A DNA stretch of 64,000 bases, taken from positions 9,341,271-9,405,270 of the forward strand of contig NC_052175.1 of NCBI RefSeq assembly GCF_902713615.1. The letters are read 5' to 3'. Below, in pieces: positions 25,605 to 35,370 of this stretch. Position 1 is the stretch's first letter. Each line of letters opens with the position of its first letter. A program made the translations under genes and the position numbers. This DNA comes from Scyliorhinus canicula (Eukaryota). The notes under the pieces were generated by a model. The model saw only the letters and a list, made by a program, of their open reading frames with translations. It was not told the DNA's origin and made no database searches.

Positions 25605-26575
25605 CAATCATGGAATCATATAATTTGCAGTGCAGAAGGAGACCATTACGCCCATTGAGTCTGCACCGGCCTTTGGAAAGAACATAGAACATAGAACATA
25701 GAACAGTACAGCACGGAACAGGCCCTTAGGCCCTCAATGTTGTCCCGAGGCATGATCACCCTACTCAAACCCACGTATCCACCCTATACCCGTAACCCAA
25801 CAACCCCCCCCCCCTTAACCTTACTTTTAAAGAGCACTCGAATTAAGCCAAACACATTCACCCTCTCCCCTTTTTCACGTAACGCAACCTAACCTTTTTT
25901 TTGGACACTCAGGGCTATTTAGAATGGCCAATCCACCTAAACTGCATATCTTTGAACTCAGTGAGGAAACCGGAGAACCCGAGGAAACACACGCAGACAC
26001 GGGCTGAACGTGCATACTCCGCAAAGACTGTGACACAAGCTAGGAATCGTGCCTGTGACCGTGGAGCTGTGAAGCAACAGAGCTAACGATTTTGCTACCG
26101 TGCTGCTCAGATTCGGAGAAGAGATGAGAATAGAGAGGGTACCAATTATTACCGTGAGATTTAAAAAATCATAAAGAACGGATCCGAAAAATCAGTGAAG
26201 AAATAAAGAGAGAAAAATCCAGGCTTGTGTGTTCAGAGAAATTAGAAGAAAATGCAAGACTTAACAATGAAATAGGTGGGCTTAACTTTGAGAAAAGCGG
26301 GTAATGATGTGAACTTGGTCCCAGGATCATTTCCCAGCTTGGGACACTGTCTGTGCGAAGTCTTCACGTTCTCATCGTGACTGCGTGGGTTTCCTCCGGG
26401 TGCTCCGGTTCCCTCACATGGTCCAAAGATGTGAACGTTAGGTCGATTGGCCATGATGTCCTTAGTGACCACGAAGGAATGTGGTGCTGTGGGCTTGTGT
26501 GGGGTTCTCTTTCCAGAGGACGGTGCAGACTTGATGGGCCGATGGTGCAGCGGAAGTGTGCGCGGCCCATAACCC
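25605..26575. mobile_element. V-SINE cluster (minus copies about 25605-26107, plus copy about 26320-26575)
   Basis: Family matches. The plus copy continues into the duplicated segment. Confidence 0.75.
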
Positions 26576-27799
26576 AGAAGTCGATGGATCAAAACCATCC
26601 TCTGCTATTTATCCTTACTTGAGAAAGGAGGTACTGGCGCTGGAGGGTGTGCAGAGGAGATTCAATAGGTTAATCCCACAGCTGAAGGGGTGGGATTATG
26701 AGGAGAGGTTGAGTAGACTGGGACTGTACTCGTTGGAATTTAGAAGGATGAGGTGGGCTCTTATAGAAACATTTAAAATTATGATGGGAATAGATAGGAT
26801 AGATTGTTTAGCGGGCAGGTTGTTTCCTCTAGCGGGTGACAGCAGAACTAGGGGACATAGCCTCAAAATAAGGGGAAGTAGATTTAGGACTGAGTTTAGG
26901 AGGAACTTCTTCGCCCAAAGGGCTGTGAATCTATGGAATTCCTTGCCCAGTGAAGCAGTTGAGGCTTCTTCATTACATGTTTTTAGGATAAAGATAGATA
27001 GTTTTTTGAAGAATAAAGGGATTAAGGGTTATGGTGTTCGGGCCGGAAAGTGGAGCTGAGTCCACAAAAGATCAGCCATGATCTAATTGAATGGCGGAGC
27101 AGGCTCTAGGGGCCAGATGGCCTACTCCTGCTCGTAGTTCTAATGTTCTTATGTTCTGTATTGTAAACTGTATGATTCTTTGAGAGTTCAGTTGATCAGG
27201 GACACTGCCGGTGAACTCTGACCCTCCCCCCCCCCCCCTCCACCACTCGTTCTTTACCAGGAACACTGTAAATAATCTTCCCCTCATTCACCCCCCCCCC
27301 CCCCCACCCGTTAATCGGGGACACTGTCGATTTTTTCTGCACCTGATCCCTCCACCGTTTAAAAGGGACAGTATCCGTGAACTCTGTCCCTCATTCCCAC
27401 CTCCCTCGTCTTTTTGGGACGCTGTCGGTGAAATCTGTCCCTCATTTTCCCCATACCCCGTTGACCAGGGACACTGTCGGTGAACTCTGTCCCTCATCCA
27501 CCCCACACTTCGTTTATTAGCACGCTGCCTGTGAACACTTTGCTGAAACTCTCATTCCTCGAACACATTCTCATTGTTCGTGCTGAGCCAGTTCTTTGTC
27601 TGAAAAGGAATATTGCTGCAATTCGGGTCCTCGGGGAGTAGGTGCCGATGTCGCGGGACTCCCATGTTAAAGCACCTCACCTCCCATCCCTGCCACCAGC
27701 CGTTAATTTGAATCATGTTGAGATGCTGGGGTTAGACTAGGCTGGGCACATTAAGAAGTATTTCAATACAAGGTTAAAGTCCAAATGCTTATTTGGAAT

Positions 27800-27834
27800 C
27801 ACTAACTTTCGGAGCGTAGCTCCTTCATCAGGTG
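27800..27834 (-). ncRNA. Minimal type I hammerhead ribozyme motif, duplicate copy
   Basis: Identical to 1331-1365. Confidence 0.6.
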
Positions 27835-28134
27835 TGTGACCGAAAGTTCGTGACTACAAATAAACCTGTTGGACTTTAAAATGGTGTTGTAAGATATATG
27901 GCCGTTAATTTTAATAAAAGTGGAAGAAGCGACACTGACAGCATCTCCCAGTAAAGGAAGATGGCGGCCCACTGTCTCTCCAGCAACGGAAGATGGAGAC
28001 TCACAACCCCGGCAACGCACAATGGTGGCCGACCTTCTCCCCTGGCACCACAACATAGCCAATGACATGCTTAGTGATGTGCAGTTTGAGCGGCCTATGG
28101 CTGAAGAGAGATGAGGTGTTGGTGGGGTTTCTTC

Positions 28135-29036
28135 TCAGGATTTTATGAATTGAAGAAATGGAGTGAAAGGAAATTTCAGAACATTCTTCAATTGCTTTCT
28201 GAACTCAGTCTGTGTCACGGCGTAAATAGCAGTGTTTGTGCAGCAGCTCAGAAGTTGCAGCATGATCCCCAATTCCATAACAAATGGATGTAATTGCATT
28301 GAATCATACCCCATATAAAGCATCCGATACCATATAGAATAAAGCATTAACATTGACCATAACAGAATTAAATTGGCTGAGATAACAAACAGTAAAATAA
28401 TGGATTTCCTTCGACTCTCCATCTCTGGGTCTCTGAAGCTTTCTCCACTGCTGTGAGATCGGAGTCTCCTGCGGGCCCTGCTGCTCACCACAATGTGTCT
28501 GACGGTGAAAACATTGAGCAGCAGAATCAGGACAAATGGAAAACACGGGTTTACAATGTAGTGGAGGAAATCGATTGCGGCCCAGACTGGAGAAGAATAA
28601 ATATATGTTTCGGCATCACAAAACCAGGGGGTGTTCGCCAATCGGTACCCAGGCGAGAACATAAAATACCAGAACATGTTCTTCAAACAGCTCAGCACGG
28701 TCACTGTTCCCAGAACCACAACCGCCGTTTTCGTGCTGCAATATTTACTTTTCAGCTTCGGGCAACAAATGGCCACAAATCGATCAAAAGTGAAAGTGAC
28801 GGTGAACCAGACAGAACAATCTGTGGCTGCAAAAAGCAGAACGGCGTGGATATTACACACGGGGATGGACCACAGGAACACAAACTGTTCCAAGAAAACA
28901 ATCGGAATCTGCCTCAATATAAGGTCGAGAATAATGACCAGCAGATCCGCCACTGCCATGCCCATCAGGTAGTACGTGACACATTTGGACAGTCCACAGT
29001 TTTTTCTCTTCAGGATCACAATTGTGATGAGGTTCG
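28135..29036 (-). CDS. GPR139/GPR142-like GPCR exon 2, copy 2 (intact frame; no exon 1 found in the window)
   Basis: The protein is identical to copy 1 (offset 26469) and the acceptor at 29036 is the same. I saw one synonymous change (G1813/A28282). The duplicated intron stops at about 30122. Confidence 0.85.
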
Positions 29037-30430
29037 CTGTGAGGAAAGGATATAAGCAATGGAATTATACGTCCGGCTGCGCAAGGCATTACCATTTCAT
29101 TGAGGTGGTGTTAACAAATTCAAACAAATACACACACAAACAGACACAGAGGTAAAAATCACAGAGTGGAACACTATACCATCACAGAGAGAGACACAAA
29201 TACTAGTCGCAGACCCAGAACACAAAGACAAGACTCACACACACAGTTACACACTCACAGACACAGAAACACAAATGCACACGCTCAGAGTCCCTCATGA
29301 ACGCCACTCCCCGCTCAGACTCGGAGACCCAATCACGCACCTACATAAACAAACATTTACAGCCAGACACAGGCAAACACACCCACACATTCACCTACAC
29401 ACCTACATACATAAATTATTAACCACAAACACGGGCACTCACACAATACACACACATACGCATACACACAATTAAACTCTCTCAAATACATGCAACACGC
29501 AATCTCACAGAAACAGAGACACAAATGGTCAGGGTGGTCTACATCTGAACCTGAGGGGCACCAATATCATGGGGGGGGAGATTTGTTAGTGCTTTGGGGG
29601 GGGGGGGGTTAAACTAATTGAACATGGGCATGGGAACCTGGATTATAGTTTTGGGGTACGGGAGATTGAGAGCATAGTGGTCAGGAGCACAGATTTGACT
29701 TCGCAGGAGGGTGCCAGTGTTCAGGTTGGTGGTTTGAAGTGTGTCTATTCATTGCGAGGAGTATGCGAAATAAGGTAGGGGAACTGACAGCGTGGGTTGG
29801 TACCTGGGACTTCGATGTCGAGGCCATTTCTGAGACATGGATAGAGCAGGACAGGAATGGTTGTTGCAGGTTCCGGGGTTTAGGTGTTTTAGTAAGCTCA
29901 GAAAAGGGGGCAAAAGAGTGGGAGGTGTGGCGCTGCTAGTCAAGGACAGTATTACGGTGGCGGAAAGGATGCTAGATGGGGACTATTCTTCCGAGGTAGA
30001 ATGGGCTGAGGTTAGAAACAGGAAAGGAGACGTCACCCTGTTGGGAGTTTTCTATAGGCCACCTAATAGTTCTAGGGATGTAGAGGAAAGGATGGCGAAG
30101 ATGATTCTGGAAAAGAGCGAAATGTTTGCAGGTTTTCCGTCAAACACTCTCTTTCGCGTGACGCCCTTTACGCCCAGAATTAGATCATGAGTTTATTTTT
30201 CGTGGTAGAACAGATTTGGGAACACCTGTGCCTTCAGGAATTCAAATCTACACATTTCAGAAATCTGAACCAATAGATAATAGTTGAAGTTTTGTTTCTG
30301 ACCAGCAGGCAGGTGTACGGTCATAAAACATTTTGAGCATTGGAAATTCACTATAGAACCATTTCAATTTGACACATGATATGTTTAAAATGCGGCAACA
30401 TTTCTGTTCAAATTACTATTATGTTGTTCA

Positions 30431-30536
30431 TTACACTCCACCCTTTGCTTTGAATATTTTATGCAAAATTTCATGAGGAGAAATATATGAAACAGCTCTT
30501 ATGTCTTTTAAATCCAGGCTCATTTGTATGAAATAG
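30431..30536 (-). CDS. IgSF receptor gene, possible last coding exon (YFIQMSLD...KGGV*)
   Basis: Acceptor atctcttcctcag|C is compatible with phase 2 and is open for 35 codons to TAA. No homology support and no ITIM or ITAM. Confidence 0.35.
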
Positions 30537-30699
30537 CTGAGGAAGAGATTTTCGAATAATCTTCTAATCAATCTCAAAAGATGAAGGAAAATGCTAAAGT
30601 GTACAATTGGAATTAGTATGGGGTTTGCCAAGGTTTTCCACAGCGCCTCAATGCAAAAGGAATGTTCGTGATAAATTTTGCTAATGGCTTGTTACTCAC

Positions 30700-30730
30700 T
30701 CTTCATTTTGCGATCTCCGGGCCCATTCTT
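30700..30730 (-). CDS. IgSF receptor gene, short cytoplasmic exon (EEWARRSQNE-D)
   Basis: Acceptor ttcttctttcag|AA, donor GA|gtgagt. 31 nt, phase 1 to 2. Confidence 0.6.
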
Positions 30731-30829
30731 CTGAAAGAAGAACCTGTAATTAGCTATTTGAAACGTCGAGAAGGGAATCACATTACACAAAACGTTATGA
30801 ACATGTCTTTGATCAACATTAACCCTCAC

Positions 30830-30931
30830 CTGATCTGCCGCTGTGATGTATCCAAATGAAAATGGGGATCAAGAGGACAACTGGGATCGCCACGACCATT
30901 CTCACAACATTAATCATTTGAATGCACCATC
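30830..30931 (-). CDS. IgSF receptor gene, transmembrane exon containing Arg
   Basis: Acceptor ttgttttgtctctgcag|GA. Encodes GWCIQMINVVRMVVAIPVVLLIPIFIWIHHSGRS. Donor TCA G|gtgagg. 102 nt, phase 1 to 1. Confidence 0.8.
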
Positions 30932-31354
30932 CTGCAGAGACAAAACAATTAGAAAGAGCTGCTCGGTCAATTTGTTTTCCACCCAGGAACCGTTCATGGG
31001 AATCATGACCCAGGTAAAGAGCGGGAGCATCAAATTCCGTTGTAAAATTTAAAAATAAGCGACCAGCCAGTGGGACTGGTAGTGGCGAGTGAACACATTG
31101 GATAGAAGAAATGGAACAATGACTACGCATTAAGATCAACTCTCTGGATCGTTTCATATTCAAATCTGTCTCTCTGTGCGATTCAGCCATCATACCAACA
31201 TCTTATTAAAAACCGACTCACAGAATGATACGTGACTGGAGAAATTAATTTGGTCTTTCATACCAGTGTCGGCTCTTTGGCAGAAATGAACAAATGATTG
31301 CACTCCTCTTCACACATTTGGCTACAAGTGCAGCATGTATATCCATTAAGAGGG

Positions 31355-31560
31355 CTGCACGGTAACACAGTGGCTATCACTGCTGCTTCACAACTGCATG
31401 GACCCGGGTGACTCTGTGTGGAGTTTGTTCTTTCTCTCCGTTTCTGCGTGGGTTTCCTCCGGGTGCTCTGATTCCCTCCCACAATCCAAAAATGTGTCTG
31501 GAAGATGGATTGGCCTTGATTAATTGTCCTTAGATATGCACGTTATGTGGACTGGCCGTC
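31355..31560 (+). mobile_element. V-SINE in the C1-TM intron of the IgSF gene
   Basis: gggctgcacggtaacacagtgg head and V core. Confidence 0.7.
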
Positions 31561-32664
31561 CAAGAAATACACATTCGGAACAACATCCTGATTTTGAACA
31601 TCTGGAATAAATCTGACCCTTAAACGTCTCTGTTCCGTGGGTAAACACACTAGCTTCTTTAGTTACTCCAAATTATCTGAAGTCCCTGATCCCTGGAACC
31701 GATGTGTTGCATCTCCTCTGAATACTGTCAACGCCTCGACATGCTTGAAATGCAAGTCTCAGAATTGGACATACTCCGCGAAAGTGGCTCAGTCGGCTTT
31801 TTAAATGCAGTATAACTTTCTTTAGCATCTGCTATTTCTTTTAATGACGCCACTGCTTCTATATGTAATTAGCGGCCATCATAACCATGCTCCTTCAGGT
31901 AATAATAATAATACATCCATGTTAAACTCGAATAATTTGGAAAAATCCAATTCCACGGAGCGTTCCAAACCCGGTCTTCGTGCTAAATACGACAGCTGAT
32001 ATCACCAAGTAAAATTAACGGTAAGCTGTATTTGTGCAGTTATCTGGAATTTCATAAAATAATTTTCTGGAACTGACACTGCAATCGGATGGAAATGAGC
32101 AAAAGTAGTATCTCTACGCACGCGCATTTTCCCACCAATCTCAGTGTGTCACTCTTTTCTGCTCATAAATTAATTCTCTCTGGAAATAATTTGAAACCTA
32201 TTCCACCATTCGTTGACTGAAAGGAGGGAGGAACCAGTTTACAAAATCAACATCAAAAGTGAACTGGAAGAATAAAAATCGTAATAACGAAGCCAAAAAG
32301 GTTGTGGTGCGTTGGGAAATTCCTGGGACAAGCTGTCTAGCTGATCGGTGATGCATGGCGCTTTCATTTGAAGATGTCACAAATTAATCTAAGGAGTGAC
32401 CAGAACGTTTTATAGGACCAGATACGCGTGTGAGGCAGAGGAAACCATGTATTATTTCAAAATACTGAGTGAAGGTCTGCTTGTATCGTAAATATTCCAA
32501 TCGACGGTCTCCCCCAACAGTCACATACAAATAGGCACGTACATACATCCATAATTTATTGTCGTGGATAATTCCATCCGCAGACCGCAGACTCTGGGAA
32601 TTTGGTGATCATCTGCAGCACATTCTTTCCATTCAACCCTTAAAGACGTAGATCAGCAACTCAC

Positions 32665-32994
32665 CTCTCCTTTTTTCTGCTGCTTTGGGGAACAACACGC
32701 TCTTCGTCCAATTTTTGTTTGGAGACCCCAGTTGAACGATACAAGTACAGACAGCGCCGTTACTCCACATATCCATCGACACCATGATCTGACTGGTGAT
32801 GCTGTAGGTCCGGTCCTCCTCCAGTGTACCGGGATCGCTCGATCCCTCGGTTACTAGGCCGGAAATATTCCAGAAAATAACAATCCGGTTCGAAGAAAGT
32901 CCACTGACCAATCACACCAAGGGGACGGTTTCCCTGGAATGCCCCTCCCCCTGTGGCACAAATATCAGCATCGCCGTCTTATTGGTGGAACTGT
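32665..32994 (-). pseudogene. IgSF receptor gene, C1-set domain exon with an in-frame TGA at the B-strand Cys
   Basis: DSSTNKTAMLIFVP...PLV*LVSG...IFWNISG...TYSITSQIMV...WSNGAVCTCIV. Acceptor gtccag|AC, donor AGA G|gtgagt. 330 nt, phase 1 to 1. TGA at 32912-32914. Confidence 0.85.
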
Positions 32995-33083
32995 CTGGAC
33001 ACAGATTGGGACATAATCAACGATTTATTTACACAAATGATAATGCTGTGCATGATCAGAATTCATTTCAATTGTTCTCTTAC

Positions 33084-33410
33084 CTCCAACCAGTAGTGTA
33101 GCTGCTTTCTGGAGCGGTGCAGAGCTAGCTATATCAACACAGTAGTAGGAACCCGAATCATTCGCCTGGACATTGCGGATTTCCAGAATCAGTATATTTT
33201 TGCTGTGGCCTTTTTTAGAAATGAACTTACAATCTGCCCCGTTACAGGATGAAATGCCGATTGCTTTCGGGGCATCCCCCACTCCTTGTTTATACCAGCC
33301 ATAGCTAGACACCATTTCCACTTCGTAAATGTAACGACAGGTTAATTCCACCATCTGCCCGACTTCAGCTATCATTGGGAAGGGGATGTGAGACAGAGTG
33401 GACTCGGAAT
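33084..33410 (-). CDS. IgSF receptor gene, V-set domain exon (germline-joined, no RSS or intron between V and G strand)
   Basis: VELTC, YGWYKQ, LEIRNVQANDSGSYYC and a G strand KAATLLVG. Acceptor ggttacag|AT, donor GGA G|gtaag. 327 nt, phase 1 to 1. Confidence 0.9.
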
Positions 33411-33703
33411 CTGTAACCAGAGAGATTATTGTTACGTTATCAATGATTATTGAGAGATTGGAAACATCCGCTTTGAAACGCTTCGCCTGGAATTTAAGAA
33501 CAATCTCAGTGTTGTTTTTAATCATTCTTTTTGAGGTTTATTCTCGGGTTTGCCTTTTCCTCTCTCAGCAACAAATAACCTGACGTCAGTTCAATTCTTT
33601 ATACCTGAGCAATGCGTAAAATTCGCAGTTTGGTAAACCCGCTTATCACTAATTAAAATAGATTCTAATTAAAAGTCCCCCCCCCCCCCGCCCCGTTACT
33701 CAC

Positions 33704-33761
33704 CAGAAACCCGCAGCAATACTTGGGAAATGAGTGTCAAGGATACAAATTCGTTGAGCAT
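33704..33761 (-). CDS. IgSF receptor gene, leader exon (MLNEFVSLTLISQVLLRVS-G)
   Basis: ATG at 33761, 19 mostly hydrophobic codons, then a phase-1 donor TCT G|gtgagt. This is a classic Ig/TCR-type leader exon. Confidence 0.8.
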
Positions 33762-33789
33762 CGTGGCTCGCTGAGTTTTCCTTGATTCC

Positions 33790-33860
33790 TGCAGGAAGTG
33801 TGGCCTCAGGCTGACTGTGTGCTCACTCCCGGGGACTGACAGCCCTTTCTGTTGTGGTGG
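33790..33860. promoter_or_regulatory. Putative proximal promoter motifs of the IgSF gene (ETS, RUNX)
   Basis: AGGAAGT at 33793-33799 and TGTGGT at 33853-33858 lie within 100 nt upstream of the leader ATG. Motif match only. Confidence 0.3.
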
Positions 33861-34574
33861 AGAGTATAAGGAGCTGATCTGGGGGACAGTGTGACACTGT
33901 CTGTGTTGGGTGTCTCGGTGAATGTGAGATTTTGATGTCAGGGTTCATGCGTCACAGCAGGTTGAGAGTGAAAATCTGCGAATCCTTCCGAACTAACCAA
34001 TGGCAGTTTTTGAACACGGAAGATTTCCAGTCTTCATGAAGAGTGGCGCCTCCCGAGCTACGAGCCCCTGTGCACAGTCCTGCGATATGTTCAGGGAATT
34101 ACTTATCCTGGGAAAAGGCGAAGGTCTGCGGTATGCACCATCAGGTGGAGGCAGTGAATTGGAATTGAGGTATGGGGTGGGGGTGCAAATATTCACAGTT
34201 AGTGTTACAAACAAGATCATCTGTACAAAAGTAACTCAGCAGAATTACCATGGTGTTCCTCTGCCGCACACAGTGAACTTAAGCAATTGGGGATCATCAA
34301 GAAAGGTTATGGTTTAGAATTATTCACTGAGCGAACGGAGCAACCAAATGGTTCATCAGCGTCAGCGATAGCCCAGAAACCGGGGCCTCTCTTTTCCGGG
34401 CCTGTATTTAGATCCTGAACAGAGATAACACTTCTATGCTCTGATGTTGGGTGAGGGACTTCATTGGAAACAGGGAATGTACTCGGAGACAGTTAACCTA
34501 ACCTGCCATATGTTCGTGAAGTCGGGAATAAAGCTGGTCCCATTACCAGTGAGAGCTCCAGCTCTCCAACAGAG

Positions 34575-35370
34575 CCGCTTTACGATTTAACTGGAAAGAT
34601 TCCTGAGAGGAAATTCAGCGCATGGGGAGCAGAGAAAATCCTTATACCGTTTGGTTTCAGAGCAGCTTGATCTAAATTAACTGGTTTTGCGAACCATACA
34701 TTTTGGAAAGAAGGTGATTTTCTCTGCGAGTTAAGCATTTCGAGTAATTTACCGTTTGGCTTCAGAGTTGCGTCCATTTAAATTTACTATTTTTTGTCAA
34801 TCATTCATGTTGGAAAAACGTAATTTTCTCGGTGAGTTGAGCATTTTGAGAACGTTGCCGTTGTTTTTCAGAACGGCTGGCATGAAAGTTTACTAATTTT
34901 TTGCCAAACATAGAACATAGAACAGTACAGCACAGACCAGGCCCTTCGGCCCTCGATGTTGTGCCGAGCCATGATCACCCTACTCAAACCCACGTATCCA
35001 CCCTATACCCGTAACCCAACAACCACGCCCTTAACCTCACTTTTTTTTAGGACTCTACGGGCAATTTAGAATGTCCAATCTACCTAACCCGCATATCTTT
35101 GGACTGTGGGAGGAAACCGGAGCACACACGGGGAGGACGTGCAGACTCCGCACAGACAGTGACCCAGCCGGGAATCGAACCTGGGACCCTGGAGCTGTGA
35201 ACCATTTATGCTAACCACCATGCTACCGTGCTGCCCCTGCTACCGTGCTGCCCCATACTTTTTGGAAAAAAAGTGTTTATCTGGACGAGTTATGCATTTT
35301 GAATGATTTACCGTTTGTTTCAGAGCAGCTTGATCTAAACTTTGCCGTTGCTTTTCAGAGCGGCTTGCAC
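34575..35370. repeat. Degenerate tandem repeat of about 105 bp, split by a SINE
   Basis: The ccgtttgg(t/c)ttcagagcagc core recurs at roughly 105-bp spacing from about 34648. Confidence 0.65.
34909..35255 (-). mobile_element. V-SINE inserted in the 105-bp repeat
   Basis: Full-length family match, with a duplicated tgctaccgtgctgcccc at the head. Confidence 0.85.

Larger units (their letters stand above)
26455..30122 (+). repeat. Segmental duplication of window positions 1-3654 (extends off the left edge of the window for copy 1)
   Basis: Colinear match covering the SINE tail, CR1 3' end, GC-rich repeat, Penelope end, GPCR exon 2, CA tract and CR1 5' part. The match ends abruptly at ggaaaagagcgaaa|tg (30122) versus ggaaaagagcgaaa|gt (3654). 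Confidence 0.95.

Noticed and set aside
32198-32380. Hydrophobic minus-strand ORF as the Ig gene TM exon
   Set aside because: Weak splice sites and no clean TM helix. The exon at 30830-30931 fits far better.
34000-34317. ORF upstream of the leader as a second Ig domain
   Set aside because: No Cys/Trp Ig pattern in any frame I translated.
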